Source: an uncultured Phycisphaerales bacterium | Lineage (GTDB): Bacteria > Planctomycetota > Phycisphaerae > Tepidisphaerales > Tepidisphaeraceae | Length of the DNA: 64,000 nucleotides | NCBI GenBank assembly: GCA_963758525.1 | Contig: CAVWVQ010000003.1 | Coordinates: 3,200,001 to 3,264,000, forward strand | Direction: 5' to 3' | Part shown: positions 1 through 11,315 of the stretch, piece by piece | Layout of the letters: each line of letters begins with the position of its first letter | Numbering within the stretch: position 1 is the stretch's first letter | Position numbers and translations under genes: made by a program | The notes under the pieces: generated by a model | What the model saw: the letters and a program-made list of their open reading frames with translations, nothing else | Told to the model about the DNA's origin: nothing | Database searches by the model: none

Positions 1-1815
1 ACCGGGGAAGATTTCTTCCTCGCCAGCCGATCGATCGGCTCGATCGTTTTTTTCCTTTCCCTTTTCGCCACCAATATGACCGCCTTTGCCATCCTCGGCT
101 CGTCCGGGGCGGCGTATCGCCAGGGCATCGGCATCTTCGGAATGATGGCGACCAGCTCCTGTCTGGTTATCCCGCTGACGCTCTTCTTCATCGGCACCAG
201 GCTCTGGGCCGTCGGCAAACGCTTCGGCCATATGACGCAGGTCGCCTTCTTCCGCGATCGATTCGAATGCTCCTCCATCGGCACGCTGATTTTCCTGCTC
301 ACCGCTGCCATGCTGCTGCCTTACCTCATCATCAGCATCGACGGCGGCGGAACGATCCTCCAGGCGCTGACCGAAGGGAAAATCTCCTATCCCGCCGGCG
401 GCGCCATCGTTGCGCTGGTGGTGATGATTACCGTCTTCTTTGGCGGCATGCGCGGAGCCGTCTGGGTCAACGTTTTACAGACGCTCCTGTTTCTCAGCTT
501 CGGCGCGATCGCATTCGTCGCGATTTCGCACAATCTGCCGCATGGCGGTCTGTCCGGAACCGTTCAATCGTTGCTGACTGAGCCGCCCCATCCCGCGTCG
601 CAGCCGGCCTCGGCTGCGCTCTCGCGGGCATTGCCGTCGGTTCCACAGACGGGGGCGCCGCAAGCGGTCTCTCCCGTCGCCGCCGCGATGGCCCGGCCCG
701 CCACGCTGCTCACCCGCGAGCGCATTCCCTGGCAGGTCTTTCTCAGCTTTATGCTGATCCCGCTCTCGTCAATCATGTTCCCGCACATGTCCATCATGTG
801 TTTCACCGCCAAAAAAGTGACGGCTTTCCGCCAGACGGTCGTGCTCTATCCCCTCTGCATCATGTTGATCTGGCTCCCGTGCGTCTTCCTGGGAGCGCTG
901 GCGTTCAGCGAGCCGACCGTCACGCGCGACATGGCCGGTGAATCCGAAGAGCTCACCACCTGGCTGGAGAACCATGGCAAGCCGCAATCGGGCGCAATGG
1001 TCACCACCGCGCTCACTGCTGCGCTGAGTCACTCCAAAGATCCGTCGGCTTTTGAACTCCTCCACAACGTGCAGGCCCATGGCCTCGAAATTGAAACTGT
1101 CGGTGACAAGACGCTCAAGGGGGGCAAAGCTTTCATCTCGCTCCTCGCCCGCGTGAAAGATCCCGCTCTCAAGCCGTTCATCTACCGCATCGCCGGCACC
1201 AACGATTCGAGCGTGCTGCTCAAGCTGTTGAAGACCAACGTCACACCCTGGCTCGCCGGTCTTCTCGCGGCAGGGATCATTTCCGCCGTTATGGGCTCCG
1301 ACTGCCATCAGATCCTGGCGCTGAGCACGATGTTCACCAAAGACGTTTTCGACTACTACGGCAAGGGGAGCCGAATCACCGAGTCCACCAATGTGCTGGC
1401 GGGCCGCATTTTCATCGTCGTGCTCAACTCCGTCGCCTACCTGATCGCACTGGGCAAGCCGCAGATTTTCGAGCTGGCAACGCAATACGCCTTCGCCGGT
1501 TTCGCGGCGCTCTCCCCGATCATGATCGGCGCCCTCTTCTGGCGGCGCGCCACCAAGTATGGCGTGCTCGCGTCGACGCTGTGGGTGATTGCGTGGATTC
1601 TCCTTCAGGTCGCCATCGGCCTTCAGCACCGATCGCCCGGTCCGATCGTCGGCAGCCTGCTTGCCATCAGTCCCGCGGGCACGATCAGCTTCTACGGCTA
1701 CACGCTGGTCGTTCCGATGACCATCGGATCGGCCATTCTCATGTATGTGGTATCGCTCATGACGCCAACGCCGTCGAATGCCACGATCCAGCGATATTTT
1801 CCGAAAACTGCGTGA
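1..1815 (+). CDS. Sodium:solute symporter (SSS/PutP-like); 5' end lies outside the window
   Basis: The frame is open from base 1 (TGEDFFLASRSIG..., a typical SSS N-terminal motif). Many TM segments and the motifs GGMRGAVWVNVLQ, MFPH and ALFWRRATK. Confidence 0.9.
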   Translation, partial: TGEDFFLASRSIGSIVFFLSLFATNMTAFAILGSSGAAYRQGIGIFGMMATSSCLVIPLTLFFIGTRLWAVGKRFGHMTQVAFFRDRFECSSIGTLIFLLTAAMLLPYLIISIDGGGTILQALTEGKISYPAGGAIVALVVMITVFFGGMRGAVWVNVLQTLLFLSFGAIAFVAISHNLPHGGLSGTVQSLLTEPPHPASQPASAALSRALPSVPQTGAPQAVSPVAAAMARPATLLTRERIPWQVFLSFMLIPLSSIMFPHMSIMCFTAKKVTAFRQTVVLYPLCIMLIWLPCVFLGALAFSEPTVTRDMAGESEELTTWLENHGKPQSGAMVTTALTAALSHSKDPSAFELLHNVQAHGLEIETVGDKTLKGGKAFISLLARVKDPALKPFIYRIAGTNDSSVLLKLLKTNVTPWLAGLLAAGIISAVMGSDCHQILALSTMFTKDVFDYYGKGSRITESTNVLAGRIFIVVLNSVAYLIALGKPQIFELATQYAFAGFAALSPIMIGALFWRRATKYGVLASTLWVIAWILLQVAIGLQHRSPGPIVGSLLAISPAGTISFYGYTLVVPMTIGSAILMYVVSLMTPTPSNATIQRYFPKTA

Positions 1816-1920
1816 GACAGCTAACAGGTTCTACAAGTTGGCCTGATTCGGGCCTCGCTTTGCTCACTGACCCCTGACCCCTTCCCCGCCTAGAATCGAC
1901 CCAATGACGCGGAGCGCCTC

Positions 1921-3233
1921 GTGAAAATCGGTATCCTCGCCGCCGGCGCTGGTGGGATGTACTGCGGCAGTTGCATGCGCGACAACGATCTGGCCATGGC
2001 GCTCAAGCGCCTGGGTCATGATGTCACGCTCTTGCCGATGTACACGCCTTTGCGCACGGAGGAGCCCAACGAACCCCAGTCGCAGGTGTTTTACGGCGGG
2101 ATCAACGTCTATCTCCAATATGTCAGCGCGATCTTCCGCCATACACCGCGCGTGTTCGACTGGATATTGGATCGCCCCCGGCTGCTGGGCATCGCCGGCA
2201 ACCTGGGCGCGCAGACACGGCCCGACAAGCTGGCGGACTTTGCCCTGGACATTCTTCGCGCTGAAGAAGGCCACGCTCATAAGGAACTGCGGCGGCTCCT
2301 GAACTTTCTCAAGGAGCACGTCCGGCCCCAGGTGATCAGTCTGCCCAATCTGATGTTCATCGGCCTGGCTCGACTGCTGCGCGAGGAGCTGCAGGTGCCG
2401 GTGGTATGCGAGCTGACCGGCGAAGATATCTTCCTCGACGCGATGCGCTCCGACGATCGCAAACAGATGCGGACGTTGATCCGCCAGCGCACCGCGGACG
2501 TCAGCAGATTTGTCGCGACAAGCAACTACTACGCCGCCCGAATGGCGAAATATCTCGCCATCAGCCTCGATCGAATCGACGTCGTCTACACCGGCGTCGC
2601 CAGGGAATATCTCGGCCCGCTGCCAAAAGAGGCCGCCGCGCTGGGACGACCGCCGACGATCGGCTACCTGGCGCGCATCTGCCCCGAAAAGGGGTTCGAT
2701 CAGGTGCTGGAGGCGATGGCGGAACTCGTGGAGTTGCCGGGGATGCGCGAAACTCAGTTGAAAATCGCCGGCTACCTCGGCGGCCGCGACGCCAAGTGGG
2801 CAAAGGCGCTGCTGCAGAAGCTGGCAAAGTCGCATCTCCGCAATAACGTGATATTTCTCGGCGAGGTTGATCGCGACGAGAAGCTTGCCATGCTCAATTC
2901 GATCGACGTGTTCACCGTGCCGACGCGATATCCCGAAGCCAAGGGCGTTTATGTGCTCGAGGCCTTGCGCGCGGCGTGCCCGTCGTGCAGCCCGACCACG
3001 GCGCGTTTCCCGAGATGGTCAGCCGCACCGGCGCCGGCGTGCTCGTCCCGCCCGGGGATGCGACGGCCCTGGCCCACAAGCTTGCCGAGCTGCTCGGCGA
3101 CGCCCCGCGAAGAAAGCTGATGGGGCAGCGCGGCCGAGCCGCGGTCGCGGCGAATTTTACCGACGAACAGATGGCGCGCGGTATGCTAAAGGTATTCGAG
3201 TCGGTGACGCAGTCTTCCCTGGTGAGCTCATGA
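1921..3233 (+). CDS. Glycosyltransferase family 4 (GT-B); frameshift at ~2967
   Basis: GAGGMYCGSCMRD N-terminus, RICPEKG, and EAKGVYVLEAL continuing as GVPVVQPDHGAFPE in the 2976..3233 frame. Stop overlaps the next ATG (ATGA). Confidence 0.88.
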
Positions 3234-3931
3234 CGACCACCAATGGCTTCGGTTCTCTGTCAGTCCTGAGCGTCCAGCAGCTCAGCAAAGAGTATCCCAC
3301 GCCCACCGAGCCGCTGGTCGTGCTTCGCGGAGTCAGCTTCGAATTAAGCGCGGGCCAGACGCTCGCGATCGTCGGACCCAGCGGTTCGGGGAAAAGCACG
3401 CTGCTGAATATTCTCGGCACCATCGACCGGCCCACCAGCGGCCAGGTCACATTGGACGGGCTCGATGCGTTTGCACTCTCCGCTAAAAAGCTCGCCCATT
3501 TCCGGGCAACCCGCATCGGCTTTGTCTTCCAGGATCATCACCTGCTTCCCCAACTCTCGGCAACCGAAAACGTTCTGATCGCCCGCCTGGCGCTGGGACG
3601 CGTGCGCGATGAAGATACCGTTCGAGCGGCGGAGCTGCTGAAGAACGTGGGCCTGGAAGGGCGCGCAACGCATCTGCCCGGCGAGCTGTCTGGGGGCGAA
3701 CGACAGCGCGTCGCCATCGCCCGAGCCCTCATGAATCGGCCCCGACTGATTCTCGCGGATGAGCCGACCGGCAATCTCGATGCCGCCTCGGCCGCTTCAG
3801 TGGCAGACCTTCTGCTCGCCGTCGCCGGAAATGACGCGATGGTCATCGGCGTCACCCACAGCGAAACATTCGCCCGGCGTTTCGCCCGGCGCATGCGGAT
3901 GAACGACGGCGTGCTGCGAAGCGAGGAGTAA
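3230..3931 (+). CDS. ABC transporter ATP-binding protein (LolD/MacB-like)
   Basis: Walker A GPSGSGKST, signature LSGGERQR, Walker B LILADEPTGNLD, H-loop VTH. Confidence 0.95.
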   Translation: MTTTNGFGSLSVLSVQQLSKEYPTPTEPLVVLRGVSFELSAGQTLAIVGPSGSGKSTLLNILGTIDRPTSGQVTLDGLDAFALSAKKLAHFRATRIGFVFQDHHLLPQLSATENVLIARLALGRVRDEDTVRAAELLKNVGLEGRATHLPGELSGGERQRVAIARALMNRPRLILADEPTGNLDAASAASVADLLLAVAGNDAMVIGVTHSETFARRFARRMRMNDGVLRSEE

Positions 3932-3935
3932 AACG

Positions 3936-6900
3936 TTGAATCGCTTCCGACTGCTCCTCCGCAATCTCCTTCATTTTCGCGGCGTGAATCTTGCCGTGAT
4001 TGTCGGAATGGCCGTCGCCACTGCCGTGCTCAGCGGAGCGATGATGGTCGGCGACAGCGTGCGCCAGAGCCTGCGCGAGCTTTCGCTGCAGCGACTGGGC
4101 AATATCGATTACGCCATTATCGCAACCCGGTTCTTCGACGATTCCCTCGCCAATCGCATTTCCGCGGCGGCGCCGGATTTCGAGCTTGCGCCAACCGCGA
4201 TCGTCGTAGGCGCGGCGTCCGACGAATCGAGCGGCGCGCGCACCGCCGACGTGCAGATTGCCGCTGGGGCATGGATCGACGTCGATCGAAACCGCTGTGT
4301 CATCAACGGGGAACTCGCCGATTCGCTTGGAGTCAAATCGCCTGGCGAATCGATCGTGCTGTCGGTGCCGACCGACAGCGATGCCCCGCGCGACGCGGCG
4401 CTCGATCGCCGATCGCGCGGCGACACGATCTCCGGGCTGCGCGTCCAAGTCAGCCAAATCGTTCGCGAGTCGGGCGTCGTTTCGCTGTTCAATCCCAACG
4501 GCGGTCAGCGTGCGACGCGCAACGCCTGGGTGAACCTCGCCGATCTGCAGGAGGCGATCGACCAGCCGGGCCGGGTGAATGCGCTGCTCGCCCACGCGCA
4601 CTCCGGCAATGCGGATGCCGCGGGCGCCAAGACATTGAATGACGCGCTGGCCGGGTGCGTCATGCTCGAAGATTATGGATTGACCCGAACCGACGTGTCC
4701 CGCGAGACAGGGGGCGATTCTGCCGCGAAAGATCCACCTGAAGAGCCGAAGACTACAACCCCGGTTTCGCCCCCTGCGCAGGTCGCCATCGGGTCGCGTT
4801 CGACATACATCGCGCCGCCGATCGTCGACGCGGCCGAGGCGGTGGCGAATGAGCTGTCGGTGCCGTTGCAGAAAATTGCGGTCAATCTTCTGACTTCAGC
4901 GAAAGCCGACTCGACGGGGCGAGTGATTCACTACGCGGTTATCGCAGGCGTGAGCGAGCTTGATGGGCAACCTCTCGATACAAACGCCATGGCCGTCAAT
5001 CAATGGACCGCCGACCGGCTCGGCGTCAAAATTGGTGATGCCGTCACGATCGACTTTTACGAGCGCGGGCCCAACGGCGAGCTCCGCGACGCCAGCGCCG
5101 CGCATCCGTTGTCTGCCCTCTCGTTTAAGGTGACGCGCATCCTGCCGATGAACGGCGTCGGCGCGGATCCGACGCTTCCACCGGACTATAAGGGGCTGAC
5201 CGACGCGGACAGCGTGGCGGATTGGGATCCGCCTGAGGGGCTGAAGATCGACAAGTCGCTCGTGACCAAGGATGACGAAGCCTATTGGCACGCCTACCGC
5301 GCCGCTCCGAAAATCTTTGTCAGCTTCGAAACCGCGCAGAAGCTGTGGGGCGGCGTCTACGGAGGAGTCACCGGCCTGCGCGTTCCCGCGCACAAAGCCG
5401 ATGCATTTTGCGACGCCCTGCGAAAGAAAATCCCGCCCGCCTCCATGCAGTTGAGCTTTCGCGCGATCAAAGCCGAGCAGCTCGCCGCCGCCGGCGGCGG
5501 AACCGACTTTGGAGAATACTTTCTCTACTTCAGCTTCTTCCTCATCGTCGCCGCCGTCCTGCTCGTGGCGATGCTCTTTCGGCTTGGCGTCGAGCAGCGG
5601 GCCAGGCAATTGGGATTGATGTCTGCCGTCGGCTTTGCGCCCGGCGCGATTCGCCGGCTCGCGCTCGGCGAGGGACTGATTCTCGCCATCATCGGCGGCG
5701 CGATCGGTTCCCTGGCCGCCGTCGGCTACACCTGGTTGATCATGGCCGGCCTGCGGACGTGGTGGTTCGGCGCGGTGGGAACCACCGCGCTGAAACTATA
5801 TGTGAAGCCTGGTACGCTCAGTATTGGCTATGTGTCGAGCATTTTCGTAGCGATGCTGGCAATAGGGTGGGGCGCCCGGCGCATCGGACCAGCGCCGGTC
5901 GCCCGCCTGCTGGCAGGGAACTGGGAGAATGAAACCGGCCGGCCGCGCCGCACCGGACGCCTGTTGCGCATTGTGGGAATCGTTCTCGTTGTCTGCGGCC
6001 TCGCGTCGCTGAGCGCGGCCGCTGTCGAGCGCAGGTCGGCTGACGAGGCGTTCCTCGCTGGCGGAAGTCTTCCGCTCTGCGGATGCCTCACCTGGCTCGC
6101 CGGCGCCCTTCGCCCGCGAACTGCGCGCCCGTGGTCCCGCCGCGCCGGGACTGGCGGCGCAGAGCCCGGGAAATCGTTCTTTGGCAAATATCCGCGCAAC
6201 CTGCACGGGCTCGCACCTCGTGCCTCCGTGAACTCTCTGCTGTCCCTGGGCATTCGCAATGCCACCCGCCACACCGCGCCAGCGTGCTTGCCATCGGGTT
6301 GATCGCCTTCGCTGTTTTTACATTGATTGTTGTCGCCGTGATGCGGCAAGGCTCTGCGCCGCCCGGCGACGACAAAAAAGCCGGCACCGGCGGATATCGC
6401 CTGGTTCTCAAAGCCGCGATTCCCATTTTCGGCGATCTCAACACCGTGGAGGGACGCAAGCTTGCAGGAATTCGCAATCCGACGGATCCGCTCTGGAGCC
6501 GCGCGCAGTTCACGCCAATGCGGCGATGGGCCGGCCAGGACATCAGTTGCCTGAATCTCATGCGGCCGACCGCTCCGACGATCCTTTCAGTTCCTTCCTC
6601 GATGGTTCAGCGCAACGCCTTCACGTTCGCCGGCAAGATGATTCCGGCCGACAATCAGTGGGCGCAGCTCGACGCCGACCAAAACGGGACAGTCCCGGTA
6701 ATCGCCGATGACGACACCGCCCAGTACATCCTCAAGATTCCCGTCGGCGGCCAACTGACAATTACCGATCAACTCGGCCGATCACAGCAGCTCCTCCTGA
6801 TTGCGACGATTTCGCACAGCATCTTCCAAAGTGAGCTGCTGATGGGGGAAGCGAACTTTCGCCGGCTCTTCCCCGCCGTCGGCGGCGCGGGACTGATGCT

Positions 6901-7405
6901 GATCGATTGCAAGCCGGAGGATGCGTCGGAGCTTCGGCAACGGCTCGGCGCCGAGCTGGACGAGTATTCCGTGAGCGTCGACACAACGACCGACCGCCTG
7001 GCGGCGTACGAAGCGGTGGCAAACACGTACCTGGCGACGTTTCAAACGCTCGGCTCGCTTGGCCTGCTGCTGGGAACGGTCGGCCTCGCGGTGGTGCTCG
7101 TCCGCACGATCCTGGAGCGCAAGCCGGAGCTGACGCTGCTGGCCTGTCTGGGATTCGATCCGTGGAAACGCGTCTGGCTCGTGCTGGGTGAAAATGCTTT
7201 CTTGCTGCTGCTGGGATTAATGGTCGGAACCGCCTGCGCGCTGATTGGTGTGCTGCCGGCAATGGTGCATTCCGGGCGATCGATGAATTTGTCCGGCTTG
7301 GGAATGACGCTGCTGGCGGTGGTGCTGATCGGCCTGCTTTCATCGTCAATCGCGGTGGCCTTGAGCGGCGTGCATGTTTCGCCAGCAGATTTGCGACGGG
7401 AGTGA
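3936..7405 (+). CDS. Large ABC permease with duplicated FtsX/MacB-type domains; frameshift at ~6278
   Basis: LLRNLLHFR N-terminus with a TM segment, a periplasmic region, and two FtsX-type TM clusters (EQRARQLGLMSAVGF; ERKPELTLLACLGF) ending ADLRRE. ORFs 3936..6302 and 6083..7405 join at RHTA/SVLAIG. Confidence 0.88.
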
Positions 7406-7791
7406 AGTGGGGTGCCGCGCATCTCCGATCGGGACGCCGCCAAGGGTTCGCATGTGCATCCGGAACTGCTTTCCTGCCTCCTCCCCTCGTACCCGGGGGG
7501 AGGAACGAGGTGGGGGGGAGAATCGTCAGCTTGCCGTGGCCCGCCCGACGGACGAGCCCCCACCCGGACCCCGGAGTACCAAGGGAGGGAGAAAGAGTTG
7601 CGGCACCCAGCCTGCTATCTGAGAAAGCACGCTGGAAGCGTGCACCACAAGTTGCGATCGAAGCTGAATGCAATCGCGCTGTCACATGCGATTGGGCTCG
7701 GAATGAAAGTCTGTTCGGTTTTGCTATCGGTTTTCCCTCCGCGCGTTTCCGCCCGCGCGCACCTACAATGATCAGTTCTTCAGGAGGCTCC

Positions 7792-9045
7792 ATGTCAATG
7801 CGCAAATCACTGCTGCTCGTCGCTCTCTGTGCTGCCGCCGGCATCGTCCGTGCCGATGAATGGCCCAAATGGCGCGGGCCGAACGGCGACAATATCAGCC
7901 ATGAAACCGGGCTTCTCGACAAATGGCCGGCTGACGGTCCCAAGCAGCTCTGGTCCGTCAAAGTCGGACTTGGATTTTCCAGTCCGATCGGAGATGACGG
8001 CAAGGTGTACCTCCAGTCGCAGGACGGCAATCAGGACGGCTTGCAGGCCTTCGACGCAGCCACGGGCAAGCTGGTCTGGGCGGCAGGGTCGCCCGGGGGC
8101 TATCCGAAGGAAGATTTCCCCGGGTCGCGGGCCACGCCCAGCATCGACGGAAAATGCATCTACACCTACGGCGGCGGCGGAAACCTCATCTGCCGCGACC
8201 TCGAAACCGGCAAGGTGATTTGGGCCGACGACATTCTCCAGCTCACGCACACCAGCCTGCTGACGTGGGGCCAGGCATCCAGTCCGCTGGTCAGCGGCCA
8301 GTTTGTCTACGTGCAGTGCGGCATCGGCGGTCCGGTCGCTGTTGCGGTCGATAAGACTGCCGGGAAAATCGTCTGGCAATCGCAGATCAATGGAAAGGGC
8401 GGCTACGCCGCGCCCGTTCTGATGGACGTCGCCGGATCGAAGCAACTGGTCGTGTTCGGCGGAGATGCCCTGATCGGCATGGACCCGATGACCGGTAAGA
8501 CGCTCTGGTCAAACCCCTGGCAGACAAACTATGACGTGAACGCGGGAACGCCGATCGTGGATGGCGACAAAGTGTTCATCAGTAGCGGATACAACCACGG
8601 AGCGGCCCAGTTCCAGGTGACTCCCGGAGGTGTACGCCAGGTCTGGTTCGATCCGGAGGTGCAGGTCAAGTTTCCCGCCGCGGTGCTTGACGGCGGCTAT
8701 CTCTACTGCAACAGCGAAGACCATTCGGGCACGCTCCGCTGCCTTGATTGGAAAACCGGCGCGTTGAAATGGAAAGCCACCGGCGGTCGCGCCATGAAGC
8801 TTGGTTTCGGCGGAAACTTCGTTCGTAACGGCGACAAGCTTTACGCCATGAGCCAGAACGGGTTGCTCAGTCTGATGAAGGCCACGCCCAACGGCGTCGA
8901 AGCGATCAGCCAGGTACAGGTCTTTGACGCCGGTTTTTCCAAGGTTTGGTCGACGCCATTGATTTATCACGGCAGGTTGTATGTGAAAGGGCAGTCTGAT
9001 CTGGTCTGCCTGGACATCACCGACAAGTCGCAGGTGCCGCAATAA
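7792..9045 (+). CDS. Secreted PQQ-binding-like beta-propeller protein (BamB-like repeats)
   Basis: RBS CAGGAGG at 7781, signal peptide, EWPKWRGP motif, repeated DxxTGKxxW and SSP/TP motifs. Confidence 0.9.
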   Translation: MSMRKSLLLVALCAAAGIVRADEWPKWRGPNGDNISHETGLLDKWPADGPKQLWSVKVGLGFSSPIGDDGKVYLQSQDGNQDGLQAFDAATGKLVWAAGSPGGYPKEDFPGSRATPSIDGKCIYTYGGGGNLICRDLETGKVIWADDILQLTHTSLLTWGQASSPLVSGQFVYVQCGIGGPVAVAVDKTAGKIVWQSQINGKGGYAAPVLMDVAGSKQLVVFGGDALIGMDPMTGKTLWSNPWQTNYDVNAGTPIVDGDKVFISSGYNHGAAQFQVTPGGVRQVWFDPEVQVKFPAAVLDGGYLYCNSEDHSGTLRCLDWKTGALKWKATGGRAMKLGFGGNFVRNGDKLYAMSQNGLLSLMKATPNGVEAISQVQVFDAGFSKVWSTPLIYHGRLYVKGQSDLVCLDITDKSQVPQ

Positions 9046-9063
9046 TGCGTGGGAGAGTCTCCC

Positions 9064-9119
9064 GTAGCACAGCCGTCCCGGCTGTGATTCCAGGGTCACA
9101 GCCGAGACGGCCGTGCTAC
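9064..9119. repeat. GTAG-type REP-like inverted repeat
   Basis: GTAGCACAGCCGTCCCGGCTGTG ... CACAGCCGAGACGGCCGTGCTAC. Confidence 0.8.
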
Positions 9120-9161
9120 ATCGTTGCGTCGCGCGTGGTTTGGAGATTGCGCAAGTTAATC

Positions 9162-10389
9162 GTGGGCGAGGATTCGGAATCACGGATTGCAGCCATTCGG
9201 TTGGCTCTGTTGTGCATTGTGATCTTGTGCGGGGCGGACGCCGTTCCGCGGACCGCTCCCACTTCGTCCGCTGCACCGCTGGAAATCTCCGCCTTTCACG
9301 GCGGCGGGGGCATGCTCGGCGTTGCCCCGCCGATCGGCCCGCCTCCGATGCGGGTTCGCTGGAGTTTCTCCACGCGCGACGATGAATCGGTGGTGGCTCT
9401 TGCCCCCGCGCCGACATCATCGCCGACAACCGCTCCGCATCGCGGCGGCCAGGCGGGAATCGAAGGCGCCCCGACCATCGATGGCCAGAGCGTCTACTTC
9501 GGCGACGGTGAAGGCGTTCTCCGCGCTGGACCTGACGACGGGAAAACAGCGATGGGCTTATCGCTCCGACGACGGCTTTGAAACCTCGCCGCTGGTGATG
9601 GGCGGAAGCGTTTATATCGGCAATCTCTCCGGCATTTTTCACGCGGTCTCGGCGGCCGACGGCAAGAAACTCTGGACCTTCGACGCCGAAAACACGATTC
9701 ATTCTTCAGCCAACGCCGTCGACGGCAACATCGTCTTTGGCACCGATGGCGCCGACATCTTTTGTCTTTCCTCGGATGGCAAGCAACGTTGGCGAGCCAA
9801 GGCCGGTGATCGCATCAACGGGGCGCCCGCCATCGCGAGCGGGGCGGTGTATGTCTCCGGATGCGACGCCCAACTCCGCGCCTTAAAACTAACGGACGGT
9901 CAGGAACTGTTCGCGACGGATATCGGGGCGCTCGCTCCGGGTTCCCCGGCGGTTCTGAACGATCGCATCGTCATCGGCACCGATCAGGGCCGCGTCGTCT
10001 GCATGCCGCGCGACGGCGGCAAGTCACTGTGGGAGTTTGACGGCATCGCCGACCACGCGATGGTTTATGGCTCGCCCGCAACAGCGGATGGACTTGCAGT
10101 TGTCGGCGCCCGAGATCGAAATGTCTACGCCCTCGACCTCCCGACTGGGGTGGTGAAATGGACCTTCGCTACGCGCGGCGACGTCGACGCGTCTCCCCTG
10201 ATCAGCTCCGGCCGCGTCTACATCGCCAGCCGCGACAAGCATCTGTATGTGCTGGATCTCAAAACCGGCCGCGAGTTGTGGAATTTCAATGCCGCGCGTC
10301 CGATGACCGCCAGCCCCGCCATCGGCGGGGGGGTGGTTGTTATCGCGGATACCGCCGGAACGGTGAGGTGCCTGGAGCCGGTGAAGTGA
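9162..10389 (+). CDS. Second PQQ-like beta-propeller protein; frameshift at ~9522, start uncertain
   Basis: Hydrophobic leader in ORF 9045..9581, then propeller repeats (ALDLTTGKQRW, SSP..., ALDLPTGVVKW) in ORF 9322..10389. Confidence 0.8.
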
Positions 10390-10468
10390 AATATTTGAAC
10401 GAGATCGAAGTGCTCATCGAAGCATCGTCAACTCGCCGAATACTTCAGACTCGATGCAGGAAAAGAAT

Positions 10469-10490
10469 CCTACGGAGCAGGCTCCGTAGG
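10469..10490. terminator. Hairpin between convergent genes; possible bidirectional terminator
   Basis: CCTACGGAGC-AG-GCTCCGTAGG, a perfect 10-bp inverted repeat between the propeller and thioesterase stops. Confidence 0.5.
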
Positions 10491-10526
10491 CGTTCGGGGT
10501 TCAGCACGTTGTCCCACGCACCCTCA

Positions 10527-10943
10527 TCAGCTTGCGGGCGAGAGTTTTTCGCGCATGAACTGGGGAATTCGGATCGATTTCACGCCGCCGGCGGGGAGGA
10601 CTTCACAGCAGACGCTGGTCGCGACGCCCAGCGCGACTTGCTTGCCTTGGTTGCGGAACTCCACTTCGTAGGTGAGTGACTTTTCGCCAAGCCGGGTGAT
10701 GCGGAATCGCAGTTCCAGTTCGTCTTCGAAACGCACGGGCCCGGAGTAGTCGCATTTGGCGGAGACTCTCGGCCAGCCGATGTGCTTATCGTCGTGCTGC
10801 ATCGATACGCTCAGGCCCAGCGAGCGGAAGAAGGCGTGTTCGACATCCTCCATCATGCGGAAAAAATTGGAGAAATGCACAATGCCGGCCATGTCGGTTT
10901 CGGCGAAGGCGATTCTTCGGAGGATGGAGAAGGTGTCAGGCAT
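10527..10943 (-). CDS. Hotdog-fold acyl-CoA thioesterase (4HBT/YbgC family)
   Basis: RIAFAETDMAGIVHFSNFFRMMEDVEHAFF and PVRFED motifs. Confidence 0.9.
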   Translation of the reverse strand: MPDTFSILRRIAFAETDMAGIVHFSNFFRMMEDVEHAFFRSLGLSVSMQHDDKHIGWPRVSAKCDYSGPVRFEDELELRFRITRLGEKSLTYEVEFRNQGKQVALGVATSVCCEVLPAGGVKSIRIPQFMREKLSPAS

Positions 10944-10950
10944 TGGGGGA

Positions 10951-10986
10951 GAGGCACGAAGGCACGGAGGCACGGAGGCATGGAGG
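10951..10986. repeat. Octamer tandem array (GGCACGRA)
   Basis: GAGGCACGAAGGCACGGAGGCACGGAGGCATGGAGG directly upstream of the thioesterase start. Confidence 0.85.
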
Positions 10987-11069
10987 GTGAGGAAGCGGAA
11001 AGCGAGGGGGTTGTGCTCTACTCTCTACTTTTCTACCAAGTACGCTCTCGCGCCAGCGCGGGAGTTGGG

Positions 11070-11170
11070 GATTGCAAATTGCAAATTGCAAATTGCAAAA
11101 CGGGGGAAAAAAGGCGTTGGGACGCCACTCTTTAGTTTGCAATTTCAATTTGCAATCCTCAATTTGCAAT
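11070..11170. repeat. Inverted pair of heptamer arrays (TTGCAAA / TTTGCAA)
   Basis: GATTGCAAATTGCAAATTGCAAATTGCAAAA ... TTTGCAATTTCAATTTGCAATCCTCAATTTGCAATC. Confidence 0.85.
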
Positions 11171-11315
11171 CTCTCGCGTAGAAGTTCGGCTGCGCAAGAC
11201 TCGTTCAGTCGCTCGCTCAATGACCTTGCGCAAGCATGCGCATCCCAAGTCGTTTAGCGGCTGCCCGGAGGGCAGCGAAGTCCATAGCACATGCGCGTAC
11301 CCGCGCACATTCCTT

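Noticed and set aside
2960..6290. Programmed ribosomal frameshifting in the split genes
   Set aside because: No slippery heptamers. The shifts occur across unrelated genes in a shared GCGC context, which fits sequencing error better.
7402..7791. Long N-terminal extensions of the propeller ORF (likewise pgk from 16830 and TK-C from 33460)
   Set aside because: The extensions run through palindromic repeats or the upstream gene. A better start with an RBS or a stop-start overlap exists downstream.
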